A DNA stretch of 64,000 nt, taken from the IMG/VR virus record IMGVR_UViG_3300043410_001892, positions 186,001-250,000 of that record. One strand, 5' to 3'. The position numbers and the translations under genes are program-made. This document shows, one piece after another, positions 26,553-36,556 of this stretch (the stretch's first letter is position 1; every line of letters starts with the position of its first letter). The notes below the pieces were generated by a model that ran no database searches, was not told the DNA's origin, and worked only from the letters and a program-made list of their open reading frames with translations.

Positions 26553-27164
26553 TTACATCGGCATAGAAGCCGACCCTCCTGGCATTCCACCGCCCATTGG
26601 TGGCATTCCGCCACCTGGAGGAGGCATTCCACCACCTAACCCTGGCATAGGAGGTGTTGCTGCACCTGGTGCACCAGGTGCACCAGGAACTGGTGTTCCT
26701 TGACCTGGTATTGAATTTGGATCTATGTTTTCATTTTTTAATTTAGCCATGTAACCATGGTACATATCAAATGCTAATTTTTTTGGCATTTGAATTTCTA
26801 CAATCCAAATTGGATGTCTATCTAATTTACCTTTTTTAGTGTTAGGTCTGATATCTTCTTGTGTTTTAATTGGACGTGGTTCGATGAGATGCGATTTTTG
26901 ATATTTAACTTTGCATTTTAAATCTACTAATCGTTTTCCACCGTCAGGATTTGGCATGCTTTCTCTCGGCCACATAAAACCAGCTGTAATATAATGGCGA
27001 TCAACTTTTGGACCATAGGCCAATTCACCATTTTCCCAGTTTTCATATACATATAGATCTAATTCATCGAGAACTCGTTCAAAGTCTTTTAGTATTGCTA
27101 AATTTGAATTATTTTCATATAGATCTTGTATGTTTTTAATAATGTCTAATACATCATGATGCAT
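26553..27164 (-). CDS. hypothetical protein with a Pro/Gly/Met-rich C-terminus
   Basis: ORF track; upstream GATAAATA. Confidence 0.6.
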   Translation of the reverse strand: MHHDVLDIIKNIQDLYENNSNLAILKDFERVLDELDLYVYENWENGELAYGPKVDRHYITAGFMWPRESMPNPDGGKRLVDLKCKVKYQKSHLIEPRPIKTQEDIRPNTKKGKLDRHPIWIVEIQMPKKLAFDMYHGYMAKLKNENIDPNSIPGQGTPVPGAPGAPGAATPPMPGLGGGMPPPGGGMPPMGGGMPGGSASMPM

Positions 27165-27311
27165 AATAATATCCTAAAATGTTTATACTTATTTATCTTG
27201 GTTCGAAATCATACAGTATTTCTTTGTATTTGGCGAAATGCCAGTAAATATATGTGTAGCGACCATGTCGCTGTGGTTGTTACTATTCTAACATAACTAG
27301 GAGTTACCTAT

Positions 27312-28043
27312 ATGGGACACAAACGAGTACAAAAACGTTTTACATCACACGTCAACATAGTAGAATTTCAACAACCAAAACAAATTAAACCTAAACGCTA
27401 CAGTGTATCTTTAAATCCTCGCAACCAAAGTCAAAAAGAGTATGTTGCGATGTTACAAGATGAATCTACTAGTATTGTTTTTGCAATTGGTCCGGCTGGA
27501 ACAGGGAAAACGATGTTAGCTGTGCAACAAGGTATTAAATTGTTTCAAGAGGGAGTTATAGATAAAATTATTGTGACGAGACCGGCAGTGTCGGTAGATG
27601 AAGAATTGGGATTCTTACCAGGAACTTTAAATGAAAAGATGGCTCCTTGGACAAGACCTATTTTTGATGTATTCGGAGAGTATTACCATCAGACAGATAT
27701 TGCAAAGTTTTTGGCTGAAGGTGAGATTGAGATTAGCCCACTAAGCTATATGAGAGGTAGGACATTTAAGAATGCTTATATCATTTTTGATGAGGCGCAG
27801 AATACAACGCCAAATCAAATGAAAATGGCTCTTACCCGCTTAGGAGAAAATTCGAGAATGGTTGTAACAGGGGATTTAGCACAAGCTGATCGCTTGCATG
27901 ACAATGGATTATTAGAATTTATTGATAGATTAGACAATAATAAGACAGCGTTAAGCCATATTGATGTTGCGTATTTTACGCATAAAGATATTGAACGTCA
28001 TAGTGCAGTTAAGGAGGTATTAGCACTCTACGGGGAAAGTTAG
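27312..28043 (+). CDS. phoH: PhoH-family ATPase
   Basis: GPAGTGKT, TRPAV, LGFLPG, YMRGRTF, DEAQN, LTRLGE, GDLAQAD. Confidence 0.95.
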   Translation: MGHKRVQKRFTSHVNIVEFQQPKQIKPKRYSVSLNPRNQSQKEYVAMLQDESTSIVFAIGPAGTGKTMLAVQQGIKLFQEGVIDKIIVTRPAVSVDEELGFLPGTLNEKMAPWTRPIFDVFGEYYHQTDIAKFLAEGEIEISPLSYMRGRTFKNAYIIFDEAQNTTPNQMKMALTRLGENSRMVVTGDLAQADRLHDNGLLEFIDRLDNNKTALSHIDVAYFTHKDIERHSAVKEVLALYGES

Positions 28044-28060
28044 AAGTTTAAAAATAGAAC

Positions 28061-28084
28061 TAGCAGCTGACTAATCAGCTGCTA
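28061..28084. terminator. hairpin between convergent genes
   Basis: TAGCAGCTGA-CTAA-TCAGCTGCTA perfect 10-bp stem. Confidence 0.65.
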
Positions 28085-28284
28085 TGTTTTAGCATAAAAA
28101 GAAAAAACTTTTGTTCATCAAATACCTTGTAACTTTCAATTTTACGATTGTTAAAATCAAAGTACACTTCGACACCATAGGTTTCTTTAAGCCAATTCCA
28201 AAAGATGTTTGGAAATCCTAGCTCTTTCCATTCTATAGTTGCTTTATTATGAGCATCCTGTAATATATCAAGATCAATTGTCAT
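28075..28284 (-). CDS. small hypothetical protein
   Basis: ORF track; C-terminal FxxFxLK motif. Confidence 0.55.
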   Translation of the reverse strand: MTIDLDILQDAHNKATIEWKELGFPNIFWNWLKETYGVEVYFDFNNRKIESYKVFDEQKFFLFMLKHSS

Positions 28285-28712
28285 AGTTTTTCAACAGTTA
28301 TACCACATTTTTCTAAAAACTCAAGTCCAGCAGTACTACGATAAGTTTCTGTATAGAACACTTTAATAATGCCGGACTGATATATCCCTTTAGCACACTC
28401 TATACACGGAGCATGTGTAATAAACATAAAAGCACCTTTACCTGATTCAGTCGAACTAGCTAATTTCATTAGCGCATTCATTTCTGCATGGATGACTTCT
28501 GGTTTGGTTTTAAGATATGAACCACCATCTTGGATAATATCCATTTCTACTTCGCAAACATTATTCCAACCGGTAGGTGTACCGTTGTAGCCAAGACTAA
28601 TAATACGATCATCTTTAACTACAACCGCACCAACTTTAAGCTTAACTGCGGAACTAAGTTCCGCAAATGTATAAGCCGTTTTCATAAAAGCTTGTTTAAA
28701 CTTAGCTTTCAT
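28281..28712 (-). CDS. dCMP deaminase
   Basis: KVGAV, GYNG, HAEMNA, PCIEC. Confidence 0.9.
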   Translation of the reverse strand: MKAKFKQAFMKTAYTFAELSSAVKLKVGAVVVKDDRIISLGYNGTPTGWNNVCEVEMDIIQDGGSYLKTKPEVIHAEMNALMKLASSTESGKGAFMFITHAPCIECAKGIYQSGIIKVFYTETYRSTAGLEFLEKCGITVEKL

Positions 28713-29563
28713 TACTTAATGCCAATCATCGGTAATGAGCTGTTAGGAACCATAGTAGTAGGCAATTCACCGTTCCATTTTTCAATAGCATTAAGTTCTG
28801 CTACGCCTGGGTTGTTTTTAACAGCTTCACCTTTTAAGTGAATGGCTTTAGCTTCAGCTTCTGCTACTAATAACCTTGCATTAGCTTCACCTTCTGCCTG
28901 TGCAACCGCAATAGCAGCCTGTGCTTTAGCAGTTTCAACTTGGTTTTGTCTTGTAATTGCCTGTTGCGATGCATTAATCTTTTCATTTATTGCAGTAGTA
29001 ACAGTGTCTGGTAATCTAATATCGCCGACCCAAGAAAGATGATCTAAAATAATACCGTATTGTTCAATCTCACCACGAACACGCTTTTCAGCAGCTTTGA
29101 TTAAATCACTTTTGCCTTCGCCGTAGACTGTTTCAATTGACTTAGTCGATGATTCAGTATTGATTGCATCGCGCACTAGGTTTCTTAAGTAAACATCTGT
29201 AATTTCAGTAATACCTTTACGATACTTTTGGAATAAAACTGGAATTTTATCCTCTTGTAGCGTATATGTGATACCAATATCAGCATTTACACTTAAACCT
29301 TCTTTAGTTTGGAAGGTAATTGATTCGTCTTCTGCACGTCCTTCGGTATGTGATTTAGTCCAAGTGTAGTTCTGCATAAAGGTTGGAAACGTGTATAACT
29401 CTTCGTTTACACCAATCCAGTATCGTCCTGGTCCTAATTGTTCAGTATCAACACCTTTGTCGCCACCAAGTAAATGAACTTTAACACCAACTGTACCTAC
29501 TTCAACTTTTGAACAACCTACGAGTGCAGTGGCAATTGCAGCAACTAAAAGTAATTTTTTCAT
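28712..29563 (-). CDS. SPFH/band-7 (prohibitin-like) lipoprotein
   Basis: LVGC lipobox, SPFH domain, AEAEA coiled coil, KWNGELP. Confidence 0.85.
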   Translation of the reverse strand: MKKLLLVAAIATALVGCSKVEVGTVGVKVHLLGGDKGVDTEQLGPGRYWIGVNEELYTFPTFMQNYTWTKSHTEGRAEDESITFQTKEGLSVNADIGITYTLQEDKIPVLFQKYRKGITEITDVYLRNLVRDAINTESSTKSIETVYGEGKSDLIKAAEKRVRGEIEQYGIILDHLSWVGDIRLPDTVTTAINEKINASQQAITRQNQVETAKAQAAIAVAQAEGEANARLLVAEAEAKAIHLKGEAVKNNPGVAELNAIEKWNGELPTTMVPNSSLPMIGIK

Positions 29564-29769
29564 TATTTTTTCTCCTCAAAAAGTTTTTCAATTTTGACAT
29601 TTGCATCTTTAAGTAATGCGTAAAGTACAATTGGATCAATGACTAGTGCAATAAACCAACCTAGTGTAAAAATATACCAGTCGTTTGATGACATACAGTA
29701 TGGTAACACAAATATAAATTGGAGTGTAAAAAACACTAACACTCCAAGTAGTTTAAAATATGACAGCAT
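29563..29769 (-). CDS. small two-TM membrane protein
   Basis: two hydrophobic segments; AGGAG RBS. Confidence 0.6.
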   Translation of the reverse strand: MLSYFKLLGVLVFFTLQFIFVLPYCMSSNDWYIFTLGWFIALVIDPIVLYALLKDANVKIEKLFEEKK

Positions 29770-29828
29770 AAATGCTCCTGTTTATAAAAATAAAAGTATA
29801 TTATACACTATATTATAATAAATGCAAA

Positions 29829-30752
29829 TTATAAATTACCTAACCGTATTAAAGTGGCTGCAAGGTTTATTTCAACATCACTAACTAGTGTATGGTCTAC
29901 TAACCCTTGTTTAATAATAAGGATTGCTTTATCTTGTTTTGACTCGTCGTCACCAAATAATTGAATATTATCATATAACCATCTGTAGATGTCTTCCATT
30001 TCTTCTGGTCTTGCTTGCGAGCACACTAGTTTACGTGCATCAGATATCTTTCCTGCTTTAAAAAGTTCAACCATTTGAAGTTTATAATCAGTATCAGATG
30101 CACTGCCTTGTGTTGCAGCAACTAATTTACCATCTATACAGCTCATTTGTAATGTGTTGATACATTTTCTTAAATCAGGATAAGTTGCTGTTACAAAAGT
30201 ATCAAGAGTATCTAAATCAAATTCAATATTTTCTTCTACTAAAATAGTTGCTACCCTTGCTGTAAATTCTACAATATCAATTTTTTCAATATGGAAACCT
30301 TGACAACGTGAGTGAATTGCAGGAATAATTTTATTTGGGTAGTTACAAGTAAGAATAAATCTTGCAGTTTCGTGATATTCTTCCATAACTCCACGTAAAC
30401 TTGCTTGTGCTGGAGGAGTTAAGTAATCTGCTTCGTCTAATAATACAATTTTAAATTGTCCAAATGGAATCATTTGCACGAACGACGTAATTCGATCACG
30501 CATTGTATCAATACCGCGTTCTCTTGATGCGTTTATTTCTAAAATGTCCAATGGATCGATGTCTAATTCGTTGAATAGTATTTTTGCAAGAGTAGTTTTA
30601 CCAATACCTGCAGCGCCACTGAATAAAAGATGTGGAATAGTTTTTTGGGCAACCCATGATTCAATTTTATTCTTTTGATCTTCGTCTTTAAAAACATAGC
30701 CATTAAGAGTTTTTGGTCGATATGATTCAACCCATAGAGCTTTTGTTGCCAT
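29829..30752 (-). CDS. clamp loader ATPase subunit (gp44/RFC-like)
   Basis: WVESYRP, GAAGIGKTT, INAS, LDEAD, SRC. Confidence 0.92.
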   Translation of the reverse strand: MATKALWVESYRPKTLNGYVFKDEDQKNKIESWVAQKTIPHLLFSGAAGIGKTTLAKILFNELDIDPLDILEINASRERGIDTMRDRITSFVQMIPFGQFKIVLLDEADYLTPPAQASLRGVMEEYHETARFILTCNYPNKIIPAIHSRCQGFHIEKIDIVEFTARVATILVEENIEFDLDTLDTFVTATYPDLRKCINTLQMSCIDGKLVAATQGSASDTDYKLQMVELFKAGKISDARKLVCSQARPEEMEDIYRWLYDNIQLFGDDESKQDKAILIIKQGLVDHTLVSDVEINLAATLIRLGNL

Positions 30753-30781
30753 TGTGTTACCTTTATTAGTTAAAAAAATAT

Positions 30782-30810
30782 ATTATACAGTGAACGACAC
30801 AACTTGTCAA
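30782..30810 (-). promoter_or_regulatory. consensus sigma70-type promoter
   Basis: TTGACA-N17-TATAAT; the -35 lies in the loop of an inverted repeat at 30791-30825. Confidence 0.8.
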
Positions 30811-30831
30811 GTGTCGTGTCGTTCAGTATTA

Positions 30832-31215
30832 TTAGTACATTGGTTGACTAAAGTCAAACGTTTGTTCTGTGGAAGGATTTGATAGTCCAATATTAACATC
30901 GGACGGCAAATGATTAGAAACTGCTAAAATTGCCTTATTGTCAACTCGTCTAACGGTGACAATATCACCGTTTTCTTTTTTAACTTTAACGCCGCGTGTC
31001 CAACGACCGTGTTCAATTAAAATCCAGTCACCAACGCTTACATCTTGTTGTTCTGGACCAATTTTATATACTTGACCCCATCTTGGTCTAATACCTTCGG
31101 ATGTTCCGTCGTCACTTTTAATAATAATACCACCTGCTGATACTTGTTCTTCAAAGTTCATATCAGTAATTAATACATTATCGTGTATAGTTTCTAATGT
31201 TTCTGTTATTATCAT
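30832..31215 (-). CDS. groES: GroES-like co-chaperonin
   Basis: DNVLI, SAGGIII, GQVYKIGP, VSVGDWIL, ILAV. Confidence 0.75.
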   Translation of the reverse strand: MIITETLETIHDNVLITDMNFEEQVSAGGIIIKSDDGTSEGIRPRWGQVYKIGPEQQDVSVGDWILIEHGRWTRGVKVKKENGDIVTVRRVDNKAILAVSNHLPSDVNIGLSNPSTEQTFDFSQPMY

Positions 31216-31574
31216 GCTTTACCTTTGTGTTTCTCTTTTAAACCATTTTGCAAATCTTCTGTTTTTACAAGTTCAGTTGATGTTGATACAAATGGAACAG
31301 GAGTAGATTGTGTTACCGGAGTAGTAATTGGGGCTAACACATGTGGTTTAGGTTTAACCATTGGTTCTGGAATTCTGTGTGATTGTACAGGAGTCCCAGA
31401 TGACGGAATATCATCTGTATGAGTAGCTCGAATGATCTGTCCATTTGGACCAATTTCGTCGCCTCTTGCATTAATTTTAACATTGCTAACAGCAGGTGTT
31501 AATTCATGTTGAGCTGCTAATTTAGCCATGTCGACATATTTGCCTCTTGCTGATCGATATAAATTTTGTGTCAT
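31212..31574 (-). CDS. hypothetical protein
   Basis: AGGAG RBS; upstream GATAAATA. Confidence 0.6.
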   Translation of the reverse strand: MTQNLYRSARGKYVDMAKLAAQHELTPAVSNVKINARGDEIGPNGQIIRATHTDDIPSSGTPVQSHRIPEPMVKPKPHVLAPITTPVTQSTPVPFVSTSTELVKTEDLQNGLKEKHKGKA

Positions 31575-31598
31575 ATATAATCTCCTTTAGTTTTATAT

Positions 31599-32108
31599 TT
31601 ATCTTAAAAAATCATGCCAATCTAAATTATATTTGATGCTATCAATTTTATGCACACCTAGCAAATATAAAACAAAACTTGAAACGCTTGAGCCTCTCCC
31701 AACTCCCCAGACAACATTATTTTCTAAACAAGTATCTATAAAGAATTTAAGCCATTGAAGAAGGTGCATCATATTTCTATTCTTAAATTCAGTTAGTTCT
31801 TCGTGTACACGGGTAGTTTCAATAGTTGAGTTACATTTAGCTATGCAATAAGATTCTACATCAAAATTATAGTAATAATCAGGCATAAACCATTCATTTT
31901 GATTTAACATGTCATATTCTTCAATTGACAATGAGTTTACAGATTCATCAAATTGATGAATTTCAATTTCTGATACGGTTGATAATTGTGAAATTTCGTA
32001 ACATTTTTCGGTTACAATAGTAGTTAATGGGATTTGATGCCCTGCGTACAAGGCATCAAATATGTCTTTTTTATTAAAAATTGGATTTGAAAATTTGTCT
32101 GTTCTCAT
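31599..32108 (-). CDS. stand-alone fragment resembling the DNA polymerase III alpha (DnaE) palm region
   Basis: RVHEEL...WGVGRGSSVSSFVLYLLGVHKIDSIKYNL..DFL matches the DnaE GRGS region; ends before PDxDxD. Confidence 0.7.
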   Translation of the reverse strand: MRTDKFSNPIFNKKDIFDALYAGHQIPLTTIVTEKCYEISQLSTVSEIEIHQFDESVNSLSIEEYDMLNQNEWFMPDYYYNFDVESYCIAKCNSTIETTRVHEELTEFKNRNMMHLLQWLKFFIDTCLENNVVWGVGRGSSVSSFVLYLLGVHKIDSIKYNLDWHDFLR

Positions 32109-32116
32109 AATGTATT

Positions 32117-32347
32117 TTAACTTACATTAATGAGTTTGTCAAGTCCTTTATTGCGAGATTCAACGGCTAAATCCCATTCTGCTTTTCTTCTTTGTCTTAA
32201 TTCTTCAGTGTACACATCTAATATGTTTATTATCTGTGATTGTACACTTGGGTTAGAAGTTAAGAAATACTTTTTATTTAAATCATTTATTTTTGATTCA
32301 ATTTCATTTGTTTTGAGTTCAGCCAAGTTTGTTACTAATGGATGCAT
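32117..32347 (-). CDS. hypothetical protein
   Basis: ORF track. Confidence 0.55.
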   Translation of the reverse strand: MHPLVTNLAELKTNEIESKINDLNKKYFLTSNPSVQSQIINILDVYTEELRQRRKAEWDLAVESRNKGLDKLINVS

Positions 32348-32355
32348 AAATTACC

Positions 32356-32955
32356 TTATGGTTTTACATATTTTCCAAGATATCGCATAAACACTGTAAC
32401 CCCGTGATCATTTGACCAGGCTTCTAATACAACGTAAGATTCTTTACTTACATGCAATGTAGTTGGGAAACTAATGTCTTTAATTACGTACCCGTTATTT
32501 TGTGTTGTGAACACAGTAACATCAACACCTGCTGCAATAGTAGGAACAGTAGTTAAATGAACACGCACTGATGCATATTGTCCTGTAGCAGGCCAATTAA
32601 CAAATGCTAATGTAGTATCAGAGTTAATAGTTAATGTTAATTGTTGTGATATTCCTGAATCTAAGTTTACAGTTGCAACGTTTGATGCAATTGATCCAGT
32701 GTAGCTTGTACCGTATAATTTGTTAAAATTTCCATTTACAATTGAACTACCATTGATATCATTTTCAACTGGGTCTTCGTTGCTATCTAATGTACTTTTT
32801 AATACTGCTCGATTTTCAAATAATTGAAGTTCGATTTTTGCTTGATCTAAAGCTGTTTTGATTCTTAAGAAATTATCACGAAACCCTTGGCTATCGTTAT
32901 CAACACCTGCGATTGGATAATTAGTAAGAATTGTGTTAGTTATAATACTGCTCAT
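32356..32955 (-). CDS. putative tail/baseplate structural protein
   Basis: YPIAGVDNDSQGFRDNF N-terminus followed by a beta-rich domain. Confidence 0.55.
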   Translation of the reverse strand: MSSIITNTILTNYPIAGVDNDSQGFRDNFLRIKTALDQAKIELQLFENRAVLKSTLDSNEDPVENDINGSSIVNGNFNKLYGTSYTGSIASNVATVNLDSGISQQLTLTINSDTTLAFVNWPATGQYASVRVHLTTVPTIAAGVDVTVFTTQNNGYVIKDISFPTTLHVSKESYVVLEAWSNDHGVTVFMRYLGKYVKP

Positions 32956-35324
32956 ATGTTGTTCCTGTTATTAGTGAATATAATGTATTTATCAGCATAT
33001 TTGTTTGAAGATCGAATAATAATTCTATCTATCAAATAATCTAATAAATTAAATTTAAAATTACTGTGTTTGATATTAAGTAAAACTTGATCTGCAGATC
33101 CAACTTTACAATAACACAATGGAACTGCTAAAGTATATCCAAGTTCTGTCCGTGTGTTTGGTTGAATTGATCTCATCCACAGGGGTAATAATTCATTGTC
33201 TGTCGTACTAATTAGACTTAAACTCTGTTGCCATCTTGTTACACTACTTGGATAATACGTGTTGTTATTGACAATAGTATTTCGTGATAAATGATTTACT
33301 AATGAATCAATTGGATCGATCATGTGAATATAAATTACCTCATATACTGCTGTATGTGTACCAGGTATCAATGCTACAGCTTTCTTTACTTCACCAAATC
33401 GAAATCTTTTATTTTTATAATTAGTCTGCATTTGATTAATATAATCTGATACATCGGCTTCTTGTATACCTGCATAAATTAACATTGATAAATCTGTTTG
33501 CACACCAAATGCACGATCGTATGGACGATATATTAAATTTGGTTCAAAAATCGATTGGTTTGTAATAAAGCCATCCCACAATATTCTATCATTAAGATCC
33601 ATAAATGGTTTAACTACTACATTATCAAAGTTTGAGTGTGTAGGTGTTTTTATAGTTATTGAGAAGGTACGTTCAGTTGCGCTGTAATAAAACTGATCAC
33701 GTGCTTCAACTGTAAATTTAAATTGCCGATCAATTGTAGTTTCACCGCCATCATATATTGTATCAGTGTCTAATCGATAATCAAATGTAGTCAATCCCTT
33801 ACGACTAAATTGTTTATCAAATGTAGTAGTAGGTGATTGATCAAATGTAGTAAGCCCGTCATCCATCGCCGGAATTGAAATTACTGTTGTGAATTTAGTA
33901 ATACCGTTAATGTTAAAGGTAGTTTCTCCATTATCAAAACTAATTAAAGTCGTCTTTACATCAAAATAGGTATCATCACTATCAAATCTTAAATTACTTG
34001 ATAATAATGGAACTACTCCCATTATTTCACCGTCATATGACATAGTTAGCCCTGGCGGTAATGAACCAGCAACTACTGAATGAATTACTACAGCATCTTC
34101 AATTGTACTTGTTGCCTGTACACTAAACATCGATGGATAATCAGTTCGTATTTGTCCTAAATCGTTAGATCCAGCCCAAGTAATAACACTGTCTATTTCA
34201 CCGATAAGTTTAACAGTAAAGGTTCTCGAAGAACTATTAGTTTCAGTTTTATTCTCATCTCCGTGGGTTGATGCTGTTACTGTAAATGAGTAGGTAGTTG
34301 TAATAGCAGGCTGGTATGGAACATAACCATATATTTCACCAGTGATAACATCAAATGACAATCCAGTAGGTAATTTTGTAATATCATCAATTGAATAGTA
34401 AACTATACCAACGCTATAAACATCTAAAACTATAGTAACATAATTATTAGCTCGATATGTTCCTAAGTCACTTGGAGTAATCCATACTGGAGCTTGTAGA
34501 TATGTTACATCAGCTGTAAACAACCCAACATTTGAAATTAATTCGTCAGCATCTGCTCTAAAATAATCTTCGTTAACTACATATATTTCAAATTTACGTT
34601 TTGGAGTTAATATTCCATCTGTAACAGAAACAATAAATTCAAATTTACGATTAATAGATTTAACTTTTCGTACAGCAAGATAATCGTACACTGCATAATC
34701 AAATGGAATAGTATCATAACCGTTTTGTTTTGGAGGAATAGCAAAGTCAAATGGGCCTACATCGTAATAACCGTTGTCATATGATCCAGATCCGCTTGCT
34801 GGTGTGATTGCAGTTACTTCGTTAACAACACCAACAATTCTACCATCAGGTGTTAGTGTAAGACCTGATGGTAATTCTCCATCACCTCGATTAATGAAAA
34901 AAGATATTTCTTGTCCTGCAGATAAATCGTAATCAATTGCATTGAGTTGATAATTTACAACCGAATTATCAATTACAAATAATTGTTTTGCAGGACCAAT
35001 ATCAAGTAATCCAGCATTAGTTAGAATAATTGGAGCATCTGGCCCAACAACTGTTACTTCAAATGTTCTGTCAGCAATTAAATTATTGTATTTTGCACGA
35101 ATACAAAAGTTATAGATTGTATCATCTGTTACTTCAACTGGTGCTCCGATTAGTCGATTTCCTTGTAATTTTAGGCCGCGAGGCAACGACCCAGTTATAA
35201 TTGAATACGATACATTCAAATCGTCAGTTACTGGTAATTTTATATCAACATCAATTCCCTCGGCGAGGGTTTCAAGGTTAATTTTATTTAAGGTGGAATT
35301 TTGTGTCCAAACATTAAGTGCCAT
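32952..35324 (-). CDS. putative baseplate protein with repeated Ig-like (He_PIG-type) domains
   Basis: four GxLPxGLx(L/F/M) repeats; TTFD repeats; upstream GATAAATA. Confidence 0.6.
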   Translation of the reverse strand: MALNVWTQNSTLNKINLETLAEGIDVDIKLPVTDDLNVSYSIITGSLPRGLKLQGNRLIGAPVEVTDDTIYNFCIRAKYNNLIADRTFEVTVVGPDAPIILTNAGLLDIGPAKQLFVIDNSVVNYQLNAIDYDLSAGQEISFFINRGDGELPSGLTLTPDGRIVGVVNEVTAITPASGSGSYDNGYYDVGPFDFAIPPKQNGYDTIPFDYAVYDYLAVRKVKSINRKFEFIVSVTDGILTPKRKFEIYVVNEDYFRADADELISNVGLFTADVTYLQAPVWITPSDLGTYRANNYVTIVLDVYSVGIVYYSIDDITKLPTGLSFDVITGEIYGYVPYQPAITTTYSFTVTASTHGDENKTETNSSSRTFTVKLIGEIDSVITWAGSNDLGQIRTDYPSMFSVQATSTIEDAVVIHSVVAGSLPPGLTMSYDGEIMGVVPLLSSNLRFDSDDTYFDVKTTLISFDNGETTFNINGITKFTTVISIPAMDDGLTTFDQSPTTTFDKQFSRKGLTTFDYRLDTDTIYDGGETTIDRQFKFTVEARDQFYYSATERTFSITIKTPTHSNFDNVVVKPFMDLNDRILWDGFITNQSIFEPNLIYRPYDRAFGVQTDLSMLIYAGIQEADVSDYINQMQTNYKNKRFRFGEVKKAVALIPGTHTAVYEVIYIHMIDPIDSLVNHLSRNTIVNNNTYYPSSVTRWQQSLSLISTTDNELLPLWMRSIQPNTRTELGYTLAVPLCYCKVGSADQVLLNIKHSNFKFNLLDYLIDRIIIRSSNKYADKYIIFTNNRNNI

Positions 35325-35413
35325 ATTTGTTCTCGTTTTTAGTATTTATCCTTTAATTTACTTAATGCAGACTCCCATAATAACCGTACTAAATACAGTA
35401 TCATATAGGAATA

Positions 35414-35740
35414 TTGATGACAAATAATAAAAATACACAACTTTCGGAGAAGATTTTACAATTAGAAAAAGTTTACGTACAAAGAAAGTGGTGGTTGTAT
35501 GCTAGCTCTCTTGTCTACACTATACTAATAGTTGTAATTTTTAGTTGGGATTATTTAGTAAATAATGTGAGTAACAGATTATGGTGGGTTGGGATATCAC
35601 TAGCGTTATTAGTTAGTATAAATTGGTGGTATTGGACTATGAGATCATTAGCTTCATTAATTCAAAGCATCTATGTTGAATATGGAATTTTAGATGAATT
35701 GCGTGTTGAAATTGACGAAATAAAAAGAATAATAAAATGA
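35414..35740 (+). CDS. two-TM Trp-rich membrane protein
   Basis: two hydrophobic helices; AGGA RBS; upstream CTAAATA. Confidence 0.6.
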   Translation: MMTNNKNTQLSEKILQLEKVYVQRKWWLYASSLVYTILIVVIFSWDYLVNNVSNRLWWVGISLALLVSINWWYWTMRSLASLIQSIYVEYGILDELRVEIDEIKRIIK

Positions 35741-35958
35741 AAGTAAAAGAAATCACACAATTAGATGAAAAAGCAGTAAGTAAAGCCCAACAAAGATTTA
35801 TGGGTATGGTTCATGCTGCTCATAAAAGTGGAAAAGCTGCCAGTCCTGAAGTTGCAAAAGTAGCCAAAGGAATGAGTAAAAAAGCTGCTAAAGATTTTGC
35901 CAGTACAAAACATAAAGGTTTGCCTAATAAAAAGACAAAAAAGAAAAAGAAAGATTGA
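35737..35958 (+). CDS. small basic protein (DUF3008-like)
   Basis: KAVSKAQQRFMGM...FASTKHKGLP. Confidence 0.6.
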   Translation: MKVKEITQLDEKAVSKAQQRFMGMVHAAHKSGKAASPEVAKVAKGMSKKAAKDFASTKHKGLPNKKTKKKKKD

Positions 35959-35983
35959 CTTATTGATTAAATGATCGTATAAT
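35955..35983 (+). promoter_or_regulatory. sigma70-type promoter for queD
   Basis: TTGACT-N17-TATAAT. Confidence 0.75.
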
Positions 35984-36010
35984 ATGTTTTTTTAAATAAA
36001 GAGATATTAT

Positions 36011-36553
36011 ATGAAATGGCAAATAGATAAAGAGTTCCATTTTGAAATGGGGCATAGAGTATGGGCACAAAAATTAGAACATGCTGAGTTAAGTATTACA
36101 ACTGATTGTGCGTGTAAACATTTACACGGGCATAGTTATGCAATTAAAGTGTTTTTAGGATCTGATAGTTTAGATCAATCAGAAATGGTTACTGACTTTA
36201 AAAATTTAAACTTTATGAAACAATTTGTAGATGATGTATTAGATCATAAGTTTATGATCGATGTTAATGATCCAAACTTCAAATTAATTACAGGTCAAGA
36301 TTGGGAAAATAATCCAACAACAGATCATCCATTTGCAAACTTTATAAACCTTGGTAGTTATAACTGGGTTGGTTTATCAGATGATGAAAAATTACATCTT
36401 AATAGTTTTGTATTAGTAGATTTTGTACCAACTAGTGAAAATATTTGTAGATATTTGTTTGAATATGCACAATCACGTATTGGTGATTTAGCAAAAGTTA
36501 CTGCAGTTGAGCTGTGGGAAACAAAGAAAAGTCATTGTAGATATACAGGATAA
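36011..36553 (+). CDS. queD: 6-carboxy-5,6,7,8-tetrahydropterin synthase
   Basis: FEMGHR, CKHLHGHSY, MVTDF, LDH, PTSENI, LWET. Confidence 0.9.
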   Translation: MKWQIDKEFHFEMGHRVWAQKLEHAELSITTDCACKHLHGHSYAIKVFLGSDSLDQSEMVTDFKNLNFMKQFVDDVLDHKFMIDVNDPNFKLITGQDWENNPTTDHPFANFINLGSYNWVGLSDDEKLHLNSFVLVDFVPTSENICRYLFEYAQSRIGDLAKVTAVELWETKKSHCRYTG

Positions 36554-36556
36554 AAC

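Noticed and set aside
28020-28028. CIRCE half-site TTAGCACTC
   Set aside because: It lies inside the phoH coding end, has no matching second arm and is not upstream of the chaperone genes.
29800-29828. sigma70 promoter upstream of the SPFH operon
   Set aside because: TATAATATA is present but the -35 is poor (TTTGCA at 17 nt or TTGCAT at 16 nt); plausible but not listed as a feature.
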